64,000 nucleotides of DNA from Podarcis muralis (taxonomy: Eukaryota): the NCBI RefSeq assembly GCF_964188315.1, contig NC_135673.1, positions 12,586,001 through 12,650,000 of the forward strand. The letters run 5' to 3'. This document shows, in pieces, positions 25,797-38,288 of this stretch (the stretch's first letter is position 1; the number at the start of each line of letters is the position of its first letter). Both the position numbers and the translations under genes were made by a program. Under the pieces are notes generated by a model that was not told the origin of the DNA, did no database searches, and saw only the letters and a program-made list of their open reading frames with translations.

Positions 25797-27058
25797 CTGC
25801 AGTTAAAAATAAATAAATAGAAAACTATGCAAAAAAAGAGGGGGGGAAAGCAGCAGCTTCTTGTAAATTAAAACATCACTATTTGTCAATCTTAAAAGCT
25901 GGAAAATTAGACCTGAAGCTTCTACAGGGAGTGGAAATATTGGGGATCTCTTTTCCCTCTTAACATTTTAAGTGACATACATGTGAATAGTGATGGCTGC
26001 CAGCTGTATGGTTTTAAAAGCAGCAAAGAAAGATTCTTGGAGGATATGGCAAACCAGTTGTTTGGAATCAAAAAGGGGAGACTGCAGTTTCGTACAATTC
26101 CTGCTTGCAGGCTGCTGACTGAGAACAGTATGTGGGGCTATTTAGACCAGAAGGGCTCTTGTGGGTGTTATGGAACACTGAAACACTGAGCGGCTCTTAG
26201 GCACCTTTCAAACTATTCCCATCTAGACCAGGAGTAAGAAACTCATGGCCTGCCAGATGCTGTTGGATTCCTAACTTCCATCAGCTCCAACTGGCATGGC
26301 CAAGGGCGGGGATCCAGCAACATATTGCAGAGCCACAAGTTCAGATGGGTTGGGTAAAAATAATAAATTACGTACTATTATTCCTGATCTAGCCCCCTGC
26401 TGCCTAATACTGAGAGCAGCTCCTCGAGGTTTCCACTAGTGAGAGAGGAGAGAGAAGCCCCTTTCCTAACACCTGCTGCAAAAGATCCCTTTAACTGGAG
26501 AATATTTGGGATTAAACCTGGGACCTTTCTGCATGCAAAACACCTGCTCTTTCACTGAGCTATAGATGCTTTTGATAAACATGAAGCTGCCTTATTCCAC
26601 ATCAGATTTCTTTTGCACACGAAGCCCAGGTGAGCCTACTCTGAATTGACCACAACTTTCCAGGGTTGCAATCAAATCTGTTTCAATATCGCCTGTTCCC
26701 TGATGCTCCTCCCTCTCCATCTTGTTAAAAAATTGCAGACTTAAGGGACTAAGCCTGGGACCTTTTTCATGCAACAGGTGAGCTCTACCTCTGATCTACC
26801 ACTCCCTTTAGTATGTGGTGATCCAGGGCGGGGGGAGTCACACTACATAATCAGAGGCCACATAAGCACTCTCTGTTTTGGATTACAGCTCCCATCAGCT
26901 TCAGCCACTACTAGCTTCAGATAAGATTGTCATGCGGGGAGGTTACGTGGCTGGGGCTGCCATCTCAAAATTGCTGGCGATGGCACATACGCAAAGAGGA
27001 CTCCCCAGTATAATGTTCCCAAGGGAAGCTAACCAAAGATATCATAAGAAACACCCAC

Positions 27059-27208
27059 CTATGTGATATTTATACATTGTGTCCAGTGCTCCTGTTGGGT
27101 CCATTCCACCAAATATATACAAATGGCCCTGAAACACAACTGCTGAGTGGGCTGCCCGCCCTGCTGGTACAGATCCAGTAGCCGACAGGGTCTCCCACTT
27201 CATTTCAG
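27059..27208 (-). CDS. RABEPK: RABEPK coding exon 6
   Basis: EMKWETLSATGSVPAGRAAHSAVVFQGHLYIFGGMDPTGALDTMYKYHI; 150 nt; AG/GT. Confidence 0.95.
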
Positions 27209-27897
27209 CTGCAAGCACATTAAACCAATCCACATCAGTGCTCATCAGGTGCAAAGCTTAAGCAAATTGAGCTTGAAACACACATAACAGGGCTGCATGC
27301 ACATTCAGCGATTCTGCAACAGGAAAATGAATTTGGTAAAGAGTTTGGGACAGTTACTTCAAAGTTAAGTTTCTAGCTGTAATGACAGCAAAGATTATTG
27401 GGGGCGGTGGCTTAAACAGATGGGAAATGCCTGGAAAATAGGAATCAAAGGAAGGCTAAATGGTATTTAGAATTTGTTTTTCCCATTAATGTCTGCCTTT
27501 CCATAAAGGAACTTGTGGCAGCATACACGGTTATCCTCCCCTTTGCTCCCTTGTATCCTCACAACCCTGCACGGTAGGTTAGACTGAGAGATTATGCCTA
27601 ACCTAAGGTCACCCAGAGAGATCTGAGTGGGGATCTGATTCCTCGTCTTCCTGGATCTTGTCAAACGCTACCCACTACCCCACACCACCTCTTAAGGCTG
27701 TACCACAATTCTGTAGTAACACAGCCTGCAGGTGGAAACTGTAATCAGGATCCTACAGTATTTCTCACATTCTTAGCCTTTAAGGCTTTATAATGTGTGG
27801 CTTCTAAAAGTTAAAGATCTATGGGTTGTTGTTTTTTTAAGGCAAGGTGTGAAGATAATAATCCCTTTCCACAAAGTTTGCACCACTGAGTACTTAC

Positions 27898-28047
27898 TTG
27901 TATCAAAGCAGAAGAGATCATCAAAAAAGGTATCACCAGCCAATCCGCCATGTATGTAGAGCCTGTTCTCGACAGCCACCACGGCATGGCCATGTCGAGG
28001 AGCAGGAGGGTCGCCCTGAACTTCTGGTTGCAGCCATGTCAGAGTGG
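27898..28047 (-). CDS. RABEPK: RABEPK coding exon 5
   Basis: TLTWLQPEVQGDPPAPRHGHAVVAVENRLYIHGGLAGDTFFDDLFCFDT; 150 nt. Confidence 0.95.
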
Positions 28048-28291
28048 CTACAGGTGGCAAGAGAGAAATGTATTAAGATGAAGCAACAGCTACCTCAAGG
28101 GCCTTGCTCCCTGCTTCCCACACATAGGGTTAAAAGGCCTACATTAGTCATGTTTATCCATTTCAACGGGTTTTCTCTAAGTAGGACTAACAGGATTCAA
28201 CTCCTACTTTGCTCCATCTGCTGCCAGGCCCAGGGGAATCAGCTAAACATTTGGTTCGGGAAATATCTGCACAGAAGCAGAGGAAGCTTAC

Positions 28292-28453
28292 CAGAGTCAA
28301 AGATGTGAAGCTGCTGGTCTTTGACTGGATCCACCCCTTTATCACCTCCTCCAAATACATATAAACGGTCCCCAATCACTGCTGAGGATGTATGATAAGT
28401 CCGAGGGGATGGTGGAGTGCCGGTCACCTTAGGGCTCATCCAAGTTCCAGCTT
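28292..28453 (-). CDS. RABEPK: RABEPK coding exon 4
   Basis: AGTWMSPKVTGTPPSPRTYHTSSAVIGDRLYVFGGGDKGVDPVKDQQLHIFDS; 162 nt. Confidence 0.95.
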
Positions 28454-29295
28454 CTAACGTGGAAAACAAAAATATTTGTAAGCTACAATATAGAAAAATT
28501 GGGGATGGCACACAAGTAAATTATAGGCACAGAAAATGAGGGTGGGTGCAAATTACACGTCACGTGTGGAAGAAAGAAATGGAATTCCTAGTCCCCTTTG
28601 GTTACCAGGCGAGTGCTTAAATGAAAGGCTAATCTAGTGGTACTTTGATTCAAAAGAATGTCAAAGAGAAACTAGAACTTGAAACTACTGAACTGTAGTT
28701 CCTCAAGAGATTTAGTGCTATAGGTTAGGGACTGAAATGAAACATTTTGGGGGTTTTAAATCAAATTACATGTGCCAGTTTGCTGACCAACGGCTTGGAT
28801 GTTAGGATGTTATAAACCAACTATTTTGTGTGTATGTCAATGGCCACTGTTAAAACACAATTATCACCATCTCTACATATTATTTCCTTCTGATCTCACA
28901 CTTCCACCTTCTGACCCACCAGTGCAGTAACTCAGGATAATACTTCATGCATCTAAAGAAGCCAGATTGTAGTGTGCATAGGCTGATGCCATAATAAATT
29001 TATTAGATATAGACGGTGACACAAGACACTGTTGTTTTTGCTGCAGTACAATAACCCAGCTACCACTCTGAAATAAGTTTTATTGTTATTTTCATCATCT
29101 AACAGATAGGCAGTGTGGTGTAGTGGTAAGATTGTTGGACTAAGTCCTGAGAAACTAGGGTTCAACCCCCTGACTAAGGCCAAGTGAACTTGGACCAATC
29201 ACTCTCTCCTAGCTTAACCTACCTCACTGGGTTGTTGTGAGGGTAACCATTCTCAGGAGAGCTATATTTGCTGCTCTGAGCTCCTTGGTGGGATA

Positions 29296-29652
29296 AAGGT
29301 AAAGGTACCCCTGCCCGTACGGGCCAGCCTTGACAGACTCTAGGGTTGTGCGCCCATCTCACTCAAGAGGCCGGGGGCCAGCGCTGTCCGGAGACACTTC
29401 TGGGTCACGTGGCCAGCGTGACGAAGCTGCATCTGGCGAGCCAGAGCCGCACACGGAAACGCCGTTTACCTTCCCGCCAGCAAGCGGTCCCTATTTATCT
29501 ACTTGCACCCGAGGGTGCTTTCGAACTGCTAGGTGGCAGGTGCTGGGACCGAGCAACGGGAGCGCACCCCGCCGCGGGGATTCGAACCGCCGACCTTTCG
29601 ATCGGCAAGTCCTAGGCACTGAGGCTTTAACCCACAGCGCCACCCGCGTCCC
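29296..29652 (-). mobile_element. Full-length Sauria SINE
   Basis: tRNA-related head GGGACGCGGGTGGCGC, (ACCTTT)n tail, 13-bp TSD CCTTGGTGGGATA at 29283-29295 and 29654-29666. Confidence 0.9.
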
Positions 29653-29785
29653 CCCTTGGTGGGATAGTGGGATGCAAATATTGGATATGAATAAATTTAG
29701 AAATTGGACAGCTGCATGTTTGAAATCTTAAAAAAAAAAATACTCCAAGAAGTAATAAAATGAAAAGGAAATAACTAATACTCAC

Positions 29786-29938
29786 GGAGGTCCAGAACTT
29801 GAACACAATTCCTGTTCCCAGTTTCACTGGCTCCTCCAAACACCCAGAGGCTCGTGGGCCAGCTTGTGGGAATGAAGGTGGCATGCTCATACCGCGGCAA
29901 GAGACCCCGCCAGGCAGGTGCCGTCCAGCAGTGTGCAT
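29786..29938 (-). CDS. RABEPK: RABEPK coding exon 3
   Basis: AHCWTAPAWRGLLPRYEHATFIPTSWPTSLWVFGGASETGNRNCVQVLDL; 153 nt. Confidence 0.93.
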
Positions 29939-30501
29939 CTGGGAGCCAGAAAGACACGTAAGAGCCTGGTAGTAGGGTCAGGTCAAAGGGGGCTCATCTA
30001 GTCCAGCATCCTGTTCTCACAGCAGCACCTGATTTCGGGTAGTGTGGGTGCTTCCCATACATAGGGCGCCAAAAGAGGGAGAGCAAAATTGAGATGGTCC
30101 ATTTCGGTGTGCCAAATTTTGTCATAACTCAGCACACCATATTACCAAAGATTACCAAAGTCTGCCCCTGCTCAGAGTCCAGCCAGATGCCCCAATGCAA
30201 AGCCCACAAGCAGGACCTAAAAGCAGCAGCACTCTCTGCAATTGCTGTCAGGTAAAGGGTGGATGGGCAGGGCTTTCCCAAAATGGCCTGGTGGGACAAA
30301 TGGAGTGGACTGGTGAGCCAAGTTTGGCCCGTGGGCCAGAGGTCCTCCTCTCTTTCCCTATGGCAATGGCACCACCAGGGCAGAGCTTTTTGGAAGAAGT
30401 CCAGGGCACCAAAATGCCACAGGGCTCCTTTGAGTGTCGAGATCCTGCAGCCACCCCCTCGTTGGAAAATAACTCACACAAGGACACAGATACTAAGTTT
30501 A

Positions 30502-30859
30502 TGTTATTGGGCAAATTTGGCCACAACTTTATTGAATTACAGAATGAGAGCGGTATTGGCTTAGGCATTGATTGGACCTGACTATATCTGACTCCTGCCC
30601 GCTGTGCGGGAAGTCCAGTAAGGGTAAACCACCAGTAGGGGGAGCCCTGTCCATGCAAGAGGAAGTCCTCCGGCTCACTCCTCAGTTTAAACTGTCCCCG
30701 GCCACACCCCACCGGCCAGCGGATTGGCTGGCTGGGCTCTGACATGGCTGGGATACCCCCAGGCAAGGGAGACAAAGTCCCCCGCCCCCGGTGGGGAGTA
30801 GGTGGCCACATGGTCCACCGCAACTCCTCCCCACTGGGAAGTGGAGCAGATTTACCACA
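30502..30859 (-). mobile_element. Probable solo LTR in RABEPK intron 2
   Basis: TGT…ACA termini; minus-strand order GC box (30788), CCAAT (30727), TTTAAA (30691), AATAAA (30533); TSD imperfect (TTTA / TTTG). Confidence 0.55.
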
Positions 30860-31061
30860 TTTGGAAACCTGGTGAAGAAATACAGGTCGTCACCTAAAGA
30901 GGGAGAAAGAACCCCATGAATCCAGGTCTAAAATTGCAGCCATGAGGACCAGGAACTTGCTTTTTTTTACAAACAAAAAACAAAAGCAGTTTGCTTGGGA
31001 AGCTGAATTCTGCCACATATCATATGCTTCCTTCCTGCTCTAATGACACTCTAGCCCTTAC

Positions 31062-31222
31062 CAAGATCCATGACGTAGGAGTCAGCAAAACTGCCACTCG
31101 GGTCTGCTCCCCCGACAAGGATGACTTTCCCTTTCCTGCTGCCTGGCTCTGCAGGAGGTAGGTACAAGGAGTTCTGCCCCACACGGGCACAGGGACTGTC
31201 CCCAGGTAGGAGAAGGGCATAC
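31062..31222 (-). CDS. RABEPK: RABEPK coding exon 2
   Basis: YALLLPGDSPCARVGQNSLYLPPAEPGSRKGKVILVGGADPSGSFADSYVMDL (hand-translated; this frame is not in the ORF track); 161 nt; CAG/GTAAG. Confidence 0.92.
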
Positions 31223-33399
31223 CTGGCATGGAGAAATAAGCAAAAGGGATCTCAGCAAGGCTGCTGTTCCATGTGGAGCAGAAGATGGAGCGTGTCTCTT
31301 TAAGCCTGCAGTGGTATCTATGCACACTTACCCAGGAGTAAACACCATCGAACAAACATGCATACCGTAAATGGTGTAGCAGCTATTAGGATGAGCTGGG
31401 AACCAGGGTAACCCTGGGCCATGAACTCAGTCAGAGAGTCCCAGGGAAGTCACTCTCAGCCTCTCCATCTACAACATGGGGATAAAACAAGGCTGGGTAA
31501 CCTTGCTGGGCTGTTCTATGGATTATTGAGGGCGTATGTGCAAAATACTATGAATACCCCAATCTTATTATTCATACAAGAGTGAAACAAAATGCTGCAG
31601 TATGGACTCTGCCAGACAGCCTCTCTTCCAGGATACTCCATTCCACCACCAAATTTTCTCCTCCCTGCTTCTCAGAAGCCAGCCATTATTCCTTGCTCAG
31701 TGTGTACATTTCACCCTAAGTGAGCTGTTTTGCCCTCTCTGGGTCCAATCACTTGCCCCCCTAAAAAGTTCATTTTAAACTTTTGAAAAACTTCAAGTTC
31801 TTCCAAGCCTGTTGTGGGTGGATGGTGCTGTTTTACCTACATGAGATCACATACCAGAAGATGCTATGCAGCGTTTGCCAAATGGATCCCCTCCAGGTAT
31901 TTGGGACTACAACTCCCATCAGCTGTAGCCAACAAGGTCGTTGTCATCCAAAAGATCTGAAATGCACCTTCTTGGCAAAGACTGTCTTCTCTCTGTCCCA
32001 TCAACACCAGAAGCCCATTAGGTGGTGAAAGGAGAGAGAGCCCCTTCTGTGGCTGCTCCCCTAGATAGGATTCCCTCCCAAGAGAGGTTAGATGAGCTTG
32101 TTATCCTTCCACCAGCAGGCTAAGGCCTCCCTGTTCAGACAGGCCTTTGGGAACTTAAGGTACAGGCGATGCTGACTACTGGGCTGCTGTCAAGACAAAC
32201 AGGATTTCAATTACTGGTTCCAAATGTGTTCCGATGTATTTTAAACTATTGTTCCTAACTAGTTTGTTTTTATTACTTTGTATTTTATAATGCTGCTTCA
32301 AAATGTTGAATCCCAACTTGGGAGAAAGGTGGGATATAAATATAATAGGCAAACGAATAAATAATGCACAGTAATATACAAGATAGCATCCTCATCCCCT
32401 GGTACACCAGATTTCTGCAACCTGATGTACAGTCATGTTCTTTTGAGGATAACGAGAATTGTTCTTTAAACCATCTGGAGGACACTAGGGTTGGGGGAGG
32501 TTGATGTGCACAACATTTTAAAAATTTAGTTCTTTACTGAGGTTTGCATATTTCAAAAGAAAGAGCCACAACACAATCATAAGGTAATACCACCAATAAA
32601 TAAATTACCAGAGTCGCCACCCCCTACAGCGATAAACAAGATCCATACCCCACACTACAATTCAAAATGTACAGTAAGTGTGGTGTTAAAGAGTGTTGGA
32701 CTAGGGGTCTGCGAAACAAAATTCCAAGTCTGCACTTAGCCATGATGCTTACTGGGTGTCCTACCTAGAGTCAGCCCCTTCACTCTCAGCCTAACCTACC
32801 TCACAGGGTTGTTTTGAGCATAAAGCGGGAAGAAAAAGTACTATAAGGGTCACCTTGAGCAGTTTTGAATAAAAGATGGGCTATAAAATAAACATGGCAA
32901 TACAATTAATATAAAAACCTGTCAAAAGCTGCATTAGAACATTGTCGCTGTTGTCTTCCCCCTTTTATTGGATTTTTCTTTACAAAACACAATACTGTAA
33001 TTCTTTCTTTCATTTTTTAAGTATTTACTTATGCATTTTCATTAGTACAGTAATGCAAGAATTCTTCTGATGCGTGCAGACCATTTGACAGGGCTGCAGG
33101 AGATCAGGGCCTTGCCTCGCGGAGCCTACGGTCTAAAATTCAACCTAGGAAAGCAACAGCAGAAATGAATGGCGTGCAAGAAATCCGCTATAAAATCGGA
33201 GGCAGGAGTAAATATCGGAGGCAGAATCTTGTAAAGGAAGGGCTATTAATAATTTAAGCCTCTGGCCGCAAGCAGAGTTTGACTTCATATTGCATGTCGT
33301 CTTCCGCAAATTAATACTCCCTATTCCCCTCTGCTGGGGGGCACAGGCGAGAGAGCTCCCTGATCGATGGCTGCCCCTTCCAGGTAGGCTGAAGCGGAT

Positions 33400-33850
33400 C
33401 TAGGGGGCCCACGCCTCAGTTCAGCACCGACCTCCCCGCACCCTGTTTCCCTTTGCACGTCAACTCCCTCAAACTGCATCCCACGTGCACTGATGCCCCG
33501 CCTCGAGAACGCACCAGTTGCCTTCCTCCGGGTTTCCTCCCGGCTTCAGCTCCAGCAGCGCCGTCCGCGAGCCCGGCTCCGGCCCCATGGATGCAGGCCG
33601 AGGGAGAGGGGTGAGATAAAAAAAACCGACGCCCCGCCCCCGGGTCCGTTGCTAGACGACCAGCAGCTCCGCCCTCAGCGTGGCTACTGTGCAAGCGGAC
33701 AGCGCTTCACGGTAAAAACCACCCCGCTGCTGCACACTTTTAAATTGCATATTCTTTCTCCTCAGTTCATTCTAAGGTGCAGCATACTTTCCTCCCCGCT
33801 TATTTTTTTTTTTAAGAAAGAGGGCCACGTGAGATCGTTTCCGAGCATGT
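33400..33850 (-). promoter_or_regulatory. RABEPK: RABEPK CpG-island promoter
   Basis: CpG-rich; GC box GCCCCGCCCC at 33631-33640; E-box CACGTG near 33826. Confidence 0.7.
33515..33588 (-). CDS. RABEPK: RABEPK coding exon 1
   Basis: MGPEPGSRTALLELKPGGNPEEGN+TG, aligning to the mammalian N-terminus LPVLEPGDKPRKATW; Kozak-like CCATGG; donor GTGCGT; the split Trp codon joins exon 2. Confidence 0.85.
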
Positions 33851-34258
33851 GCAGATCTCTTCCTATTTCATCACACACGGTTACTTCCTCTTGCTTCAGA
33901 CATGTGGGATTGCTGGTGGCCAGACTGCTATTAATTTGTTTATAAGGTGTATCATGTATATTTATATAAAATATTTCTTATTTATATCTGTTTATTCAAA
34001 ATGCCTTACAAGGAGTTGCAACCAACTGAGAGTAGGCCTACTGAAATCAATGGGCCTGTCCATTAATTACAATGGGTCTATGCTCTGTGAATGCCTAACA
34101 TTAGATACAGACCAACATTTTTTACCTGCCCTCCACCATGTGGTCCCCATGTGGGTTACACAACAACTGCTTAATAAATATAAAATTACAACAAAAACAA
34201 CAGAATTCCAGACAAAAGCAGCACAAATACAGATTAATCCAAAGAGAGGAGTCAGCTA

Positions 34259-34487
34259 CAGTGGTACCTCGGGTTAAGAACTTAATTTGTTCTGGAGCTC
34301 CGTTCTCAACCTGAAACTGTTCTTAACCTGAAGCACCACTTTAGCTAATGGGGCCTCCTGCTGCTGCTGCTGCACCACTGCTGCATGATTTCTGTTCTCA
34401 TCCTGAAGCAAAGTTCTTAACCTGAGGTAATATTTCTGGGTTAGCGGAGTCTGTAACCTGAAGCGTGTGTAACCCGAGGTACTACTG
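34259..34487. mobile_element. Tigger/pogo-like MITE (family also at 46363-46595 and 60915-61132 in opposite orientation)
   Basis: TA TSD; CAGTGGTACCTCGGG / CCCGAGGTACTACTG. Confidence 0.85.
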
Positions 34488-34871
34488 TAAAAGATACTTT
34501 AATGACTGCAGTTTCTGGATGAAACATGAGGGAAGCCCCATATAGAGTGCATTATAGTTATCTGGTCTTGACAAAATTGGTTGACAGCTCTCAGGATCTA
34601 TTGGGTTACAAATGATTTGTGGCACATCAGCCACCATCCCTTGTTTAAAAATATTTGTTTCTTTCATCCAGTTAAGTCCTCTTTGCTGCAGTCTAGGAAA
34701 AGCCACACTTTTTCCTCTCAGCACCTATAAGTTAGTTTAGCCCATCCTCAGATATGATTAATCTGTGGCATAGCCAGTTCTGGAACACTGCACTTACAAA
34801 AAGAAATAACAAAAAAGATTAGAAGAATAGGAACACCAGTTGCCAACAACAGTTTTATTTCATATCTTATT

Positions 34872-35770
34872 CTTTGGCGATCACTCATAGCCGAGTAAGA
34901 TAGTTTTCCATGAACATGATTTTAACAGTGAGTCCGTAAGTGACTATGGAGGCCAATTCTGGATCCACACATTCTTCCACAGTGGGGACATAGGTTTCCG
35001 GGCGGGAGTTGATCACAGTGAGGGTTTGCCAAGCATTCCTTCCTCTTAGCACGTTTCTCCCTTTCATCCTGAGTCTGAGTCTCTTCAAAGCCCATGACAC
35101 CTTTGGTATAGGCTGTTCTCCAATTGCAGCACTTGCAGGCTAGTGTTTCCCAGTTGTTGGTGTCTATACTACATTTTTTAAGATTTGCCTTGAGAGAGTC
35201 TTTAAAACTTTTTTGTTGACCACCAGCATTCCTCTTTCCATTTTAAAGTTCAGAATAGAGTAGTTGCTTTGGAAGACGATAATCAGGCATCAGAACAACA
35301 TGAGCTGTCCAACGAAGTTGATGCTGAAGAATCATTGCTTCGGCACTGGTGCTCTTTGCTTCTTCCACTACACTGGCATTAGTTCACCTGTCTTCCCAAG
35401 TGATGTGTAGTTCATCCCCGGACACATGGTTGATGGAATCTTTCAAGGAGTTGGAGATGGCGTTTCTAAGTGGTCCATGTTTCACAAGCATACAGTAAGG
35501 TTGGTAGTACAGTAGCTTTGTAAACAAGCATTTTGGTTTCCCTGCAAATTTCCTGGTCCTCAAACACTGCACTTCAATCAGTAGAAAGCTGGACTCGCAG
35601 AGCTCAAGCGATGCTGGATTTCGGCATCTATGTTGGCTCTTATAAGGGATAACTGCCCATATACACCCCAGAGAAAACATGACTGGAACCTGCTCACAAC
35701 ACACATGTAACCCTGTGGAGGTTATTACCTGGCGTAAACTGCATTTTATGTACATATATGCACACAAACA
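34872..35770 (-). mobile_element. RTE-clade LINE 3' fragment
   Basis: The minus strand encodes YKATVLPTLLYACETWT-like RT-thumb sequence and a C-terminal zinc finger CPHCGRMCGSRIGLHSHLRTHC-stop; multiple disruptions. It lies between the RABEPK and PPP6C promoters. Confidence 0.85.
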
Positions 35771-35949
35771 CATACATACTGCAGATCTCATTTAACTAAT
35801 GTACTAGGCACATTTTTATATAATTGGACTGATGAAATGTGAATCAACCTTTAGATGAATTTGCATGTGTCTCCTGTATTGTGCTCTTGTATTCTGGTTT
35901 TTTATAAATATAACAAAGAATTGCTGGGTGGGGGAGGTAAACAAAGGCA

Positions 35950-36484
35950 AAAGAGCACCGTCTGGCACCCACTTTATATCCCGACCTCCCTGTGGCGTAG
36001 AGCTATTGGTTTTGCGCCAGACTACGAATCCCAGAATGCAATGGGGTTGGGATTCACCTCAGAGCGCTGTAGGAGTAAGAAGCCGGTAGTCGTCTTCTAT
36101 CTTATCGGAAATCAGTCTCCCGACGTCGAGTTTCGAACCTCCAGCGGAAGTGGGTCCCCTCGTTTCCGGTCTGGCTTCCCTCCCGCCGTGGGAGGGGAGG
36201 GAGCGAGAGGAAGAGAGAAGGAGGCGTTCTTGCGTCCTCCTTACTTTTTGCTTTCGCTTATTTATTTATTTATTTTAAGGGACGTTCGCCCTATTTCATC
36301 CGGAAATTCGAGGGAGTGGGTTTCCCGCTTCACCATCAGGAATTGCCGTGTCCTCGCTTCCAGTCCTCTCTCTCTTCTTACCTCGCACCCTCCTCCTCCT
36401 CCTCCTCCTCTTCTCTCTCTGTCTCTCTTTCCCCCCTCTTTTCCTACCTCCCACCTTCTCCCCCGAGAAAGCTGCCCTCCCAAA
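35950..36484 (+). promoter_or_regulatory. PPP6C: PPP6C CpG-island promoter and 5'UTR
   Basis: ZNF143/SBS-type ACTACGAATCCCAGAATGC at 36021-36039; ETS GCGGAAGTG near 36143; CT-rich 5'UTR; YY1-like CAAAATGGCG overlapping the ATG. Confidence 0.8.
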
Positions 36485-36559
36485 ATGGCGCCTTTGGACT
36501 TGGACAAGTATGTGGAGATTGCGCGGCTTTGCAAGTACCTGCCCGAGAACGACCTCAAG
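36485..36559 (+). CDS. PPP6C: PPP6C (protein phosphatase 6 catalytic subunit) exon 1
   Basis: [25 protein letters not shown]; 75 nt; donor GTAAGA. Confidence 0.97.
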
Positions 36560-37211
36560 GTAAGAGGAGGAGGGGAGGTTGGGTCTTAGGAGGGGCAGGG
36601 GGCGAGTGGGGACCCCTTCCCCCCTCTCTTTCCACGTAGGGCTCTCCTTGAGTTTCCGCTTTCACGGAAGGCGCCCCAGCGCGTAGCGGCAACACGGGCA
36701 CCCGCTGAAACGCTTTAATCAGTGGTCCCCCAATTAGCTAATTACTGGGCACCCCTATTTGTTAAAAGCCAAGCCATGGACCCTCCACTTTTGAATCCCT
36801 AATAAGCAAATCATTTTAGGGATACTTAAAAATAACCGTAAAATTTGTAATATTACAACAAAAAATGGCAAAGACTTAATTGTGGGGGGGGGGGAGAGAC
36901 AAATTTAATTTTATTCATGTATAGTGCTTCCTTGCCGCTCATCTGTGGCGGCTCCCAACAAAACACTAAACCTCCCATGATGGGAGAAATCATGTCTTTT
37001 TTGCCCCCCCCCCCAATTTCCTTCCACGCTCAGTTCAATATTGCCCACTTTTATTCTCAAATCTGGTTCAAAATCAAGCCAACTTCTAGGTATTTCAAAG
37101 CTTTTTCAACTAACTTCTTACTGGTCCAGTCTACATTCTTTGAAAAAATGATTGTAATGAATCATCACTAATCACGTCAACAAGTGCATCTTGCTCTTCT
37201 GCTGATACAGC

Positions 37212-37503
37212 TTAGGACTTGCCGATCGGAAGGTCGGTGGTTCAAATCCCCGCTACGGGGTGAGCTCCCGTTGCTCGGTCCCTGCTCCTGCCAACCTAGC
37301 AGTTCAAAAGCATGTCAAAGTGCAAGTAGATATATAGGTACAGCTCTGGCAGGAAGGTAAATGGCGTTTCTGTGTGCTGCTCTGGTTCGCGAGAAGCAGC
37401 TTAGTCATGCTGGCCACATGACCTGGAAGCTGTACGCCAGATGAGCGCCGCAACCCCAGAGTTGGCCACAACTGGACCTAATGGTCAGGGGTCCCTTTAC
37501 CTA
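37212..37503 (+). mobile_element. Sauria SINE, 5'-truncated
   Basis: Collinear with the 49587 copy; ends GGTCCCTTTACC. Confidence 0.88.
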
Positions 37504-38050
37504 TACTTGTAATGCCTAATAAAGATTTGGCGAAGAAGAAGAAGGTGTACATCACATTCAAAAGGATTCTGTAGCCATGAGTTTTCAGGATTTGATACAG
37601 AGAAGTAATCTCTGAAGCTAGTCACTAAATCATGCAGGTGCTCAGTGGTGTAATATTTACTTCTGGTATCAATTTTTCGTCAGTAGCCTCCAGAAATGTC
37701 TCCAGTGTTGGAATATTAGTGAGGCTACCATCTTCTCAGCTTGCCCATAACCATAATTTTTAAATCATTGCCTCAATCTTATCTTCAACGTAAAAAATAT
37801 TCACATCACTACCTTGGAAGCTTGTGTTGAGAGTGTTTACGTGAAACCGTCTGCTAAGTAGTCTACCATACACAACTGCGCAAAGTTGTTAAACTGATCA
37901 CATGGAAATTTTGAGTCCGTCAGAAAAAGTCATACTGCATCATGTAATTCAGAGAATCGCTGTAAGTCTGGACCCTTTAAATGAGAGTCTGTTTTATATA
38001 ATCAGACATATCATATATGCTTCATTTCACAGTGTTGTTCAAAAGAGGTA

Positions 38051-38288
38051 CAGTGGTACCTCGGTTTAAGAACAGTCCTGTTTACAATTCGGTTTACAAA
38101 ACTCCGCAAAACCGGAAGTGGTGTCCCGGTTTGCAAACTTTACCTCGGTCTAGGAATGAAATCTGAATGGTGGAAGGGCACCGGCGGCGGGAAGCCTCAT
38201 TAGGGAAAGCGCGCCTCTGTTTAAGAACGGTTTTGGTTTAAGAACGGACTTCCTGAACGGATTAAGTTTGTAAACTGAGATACCACTG
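38051..38288. mobile_element. Tigger/pogo-like MITE
   Basis: TA TSD; CAGTGGTACCTCGGTTT / AAACTGAGATACCACTG. Confidence 0.85.

Noticed and set aside
35855-36589. 244-aa ORF as an extended PPP6C
   Set aside because: It is an open frame through the promoter and CT-rich UTR; the conserved protein starts at MAPLDLDK (36485).
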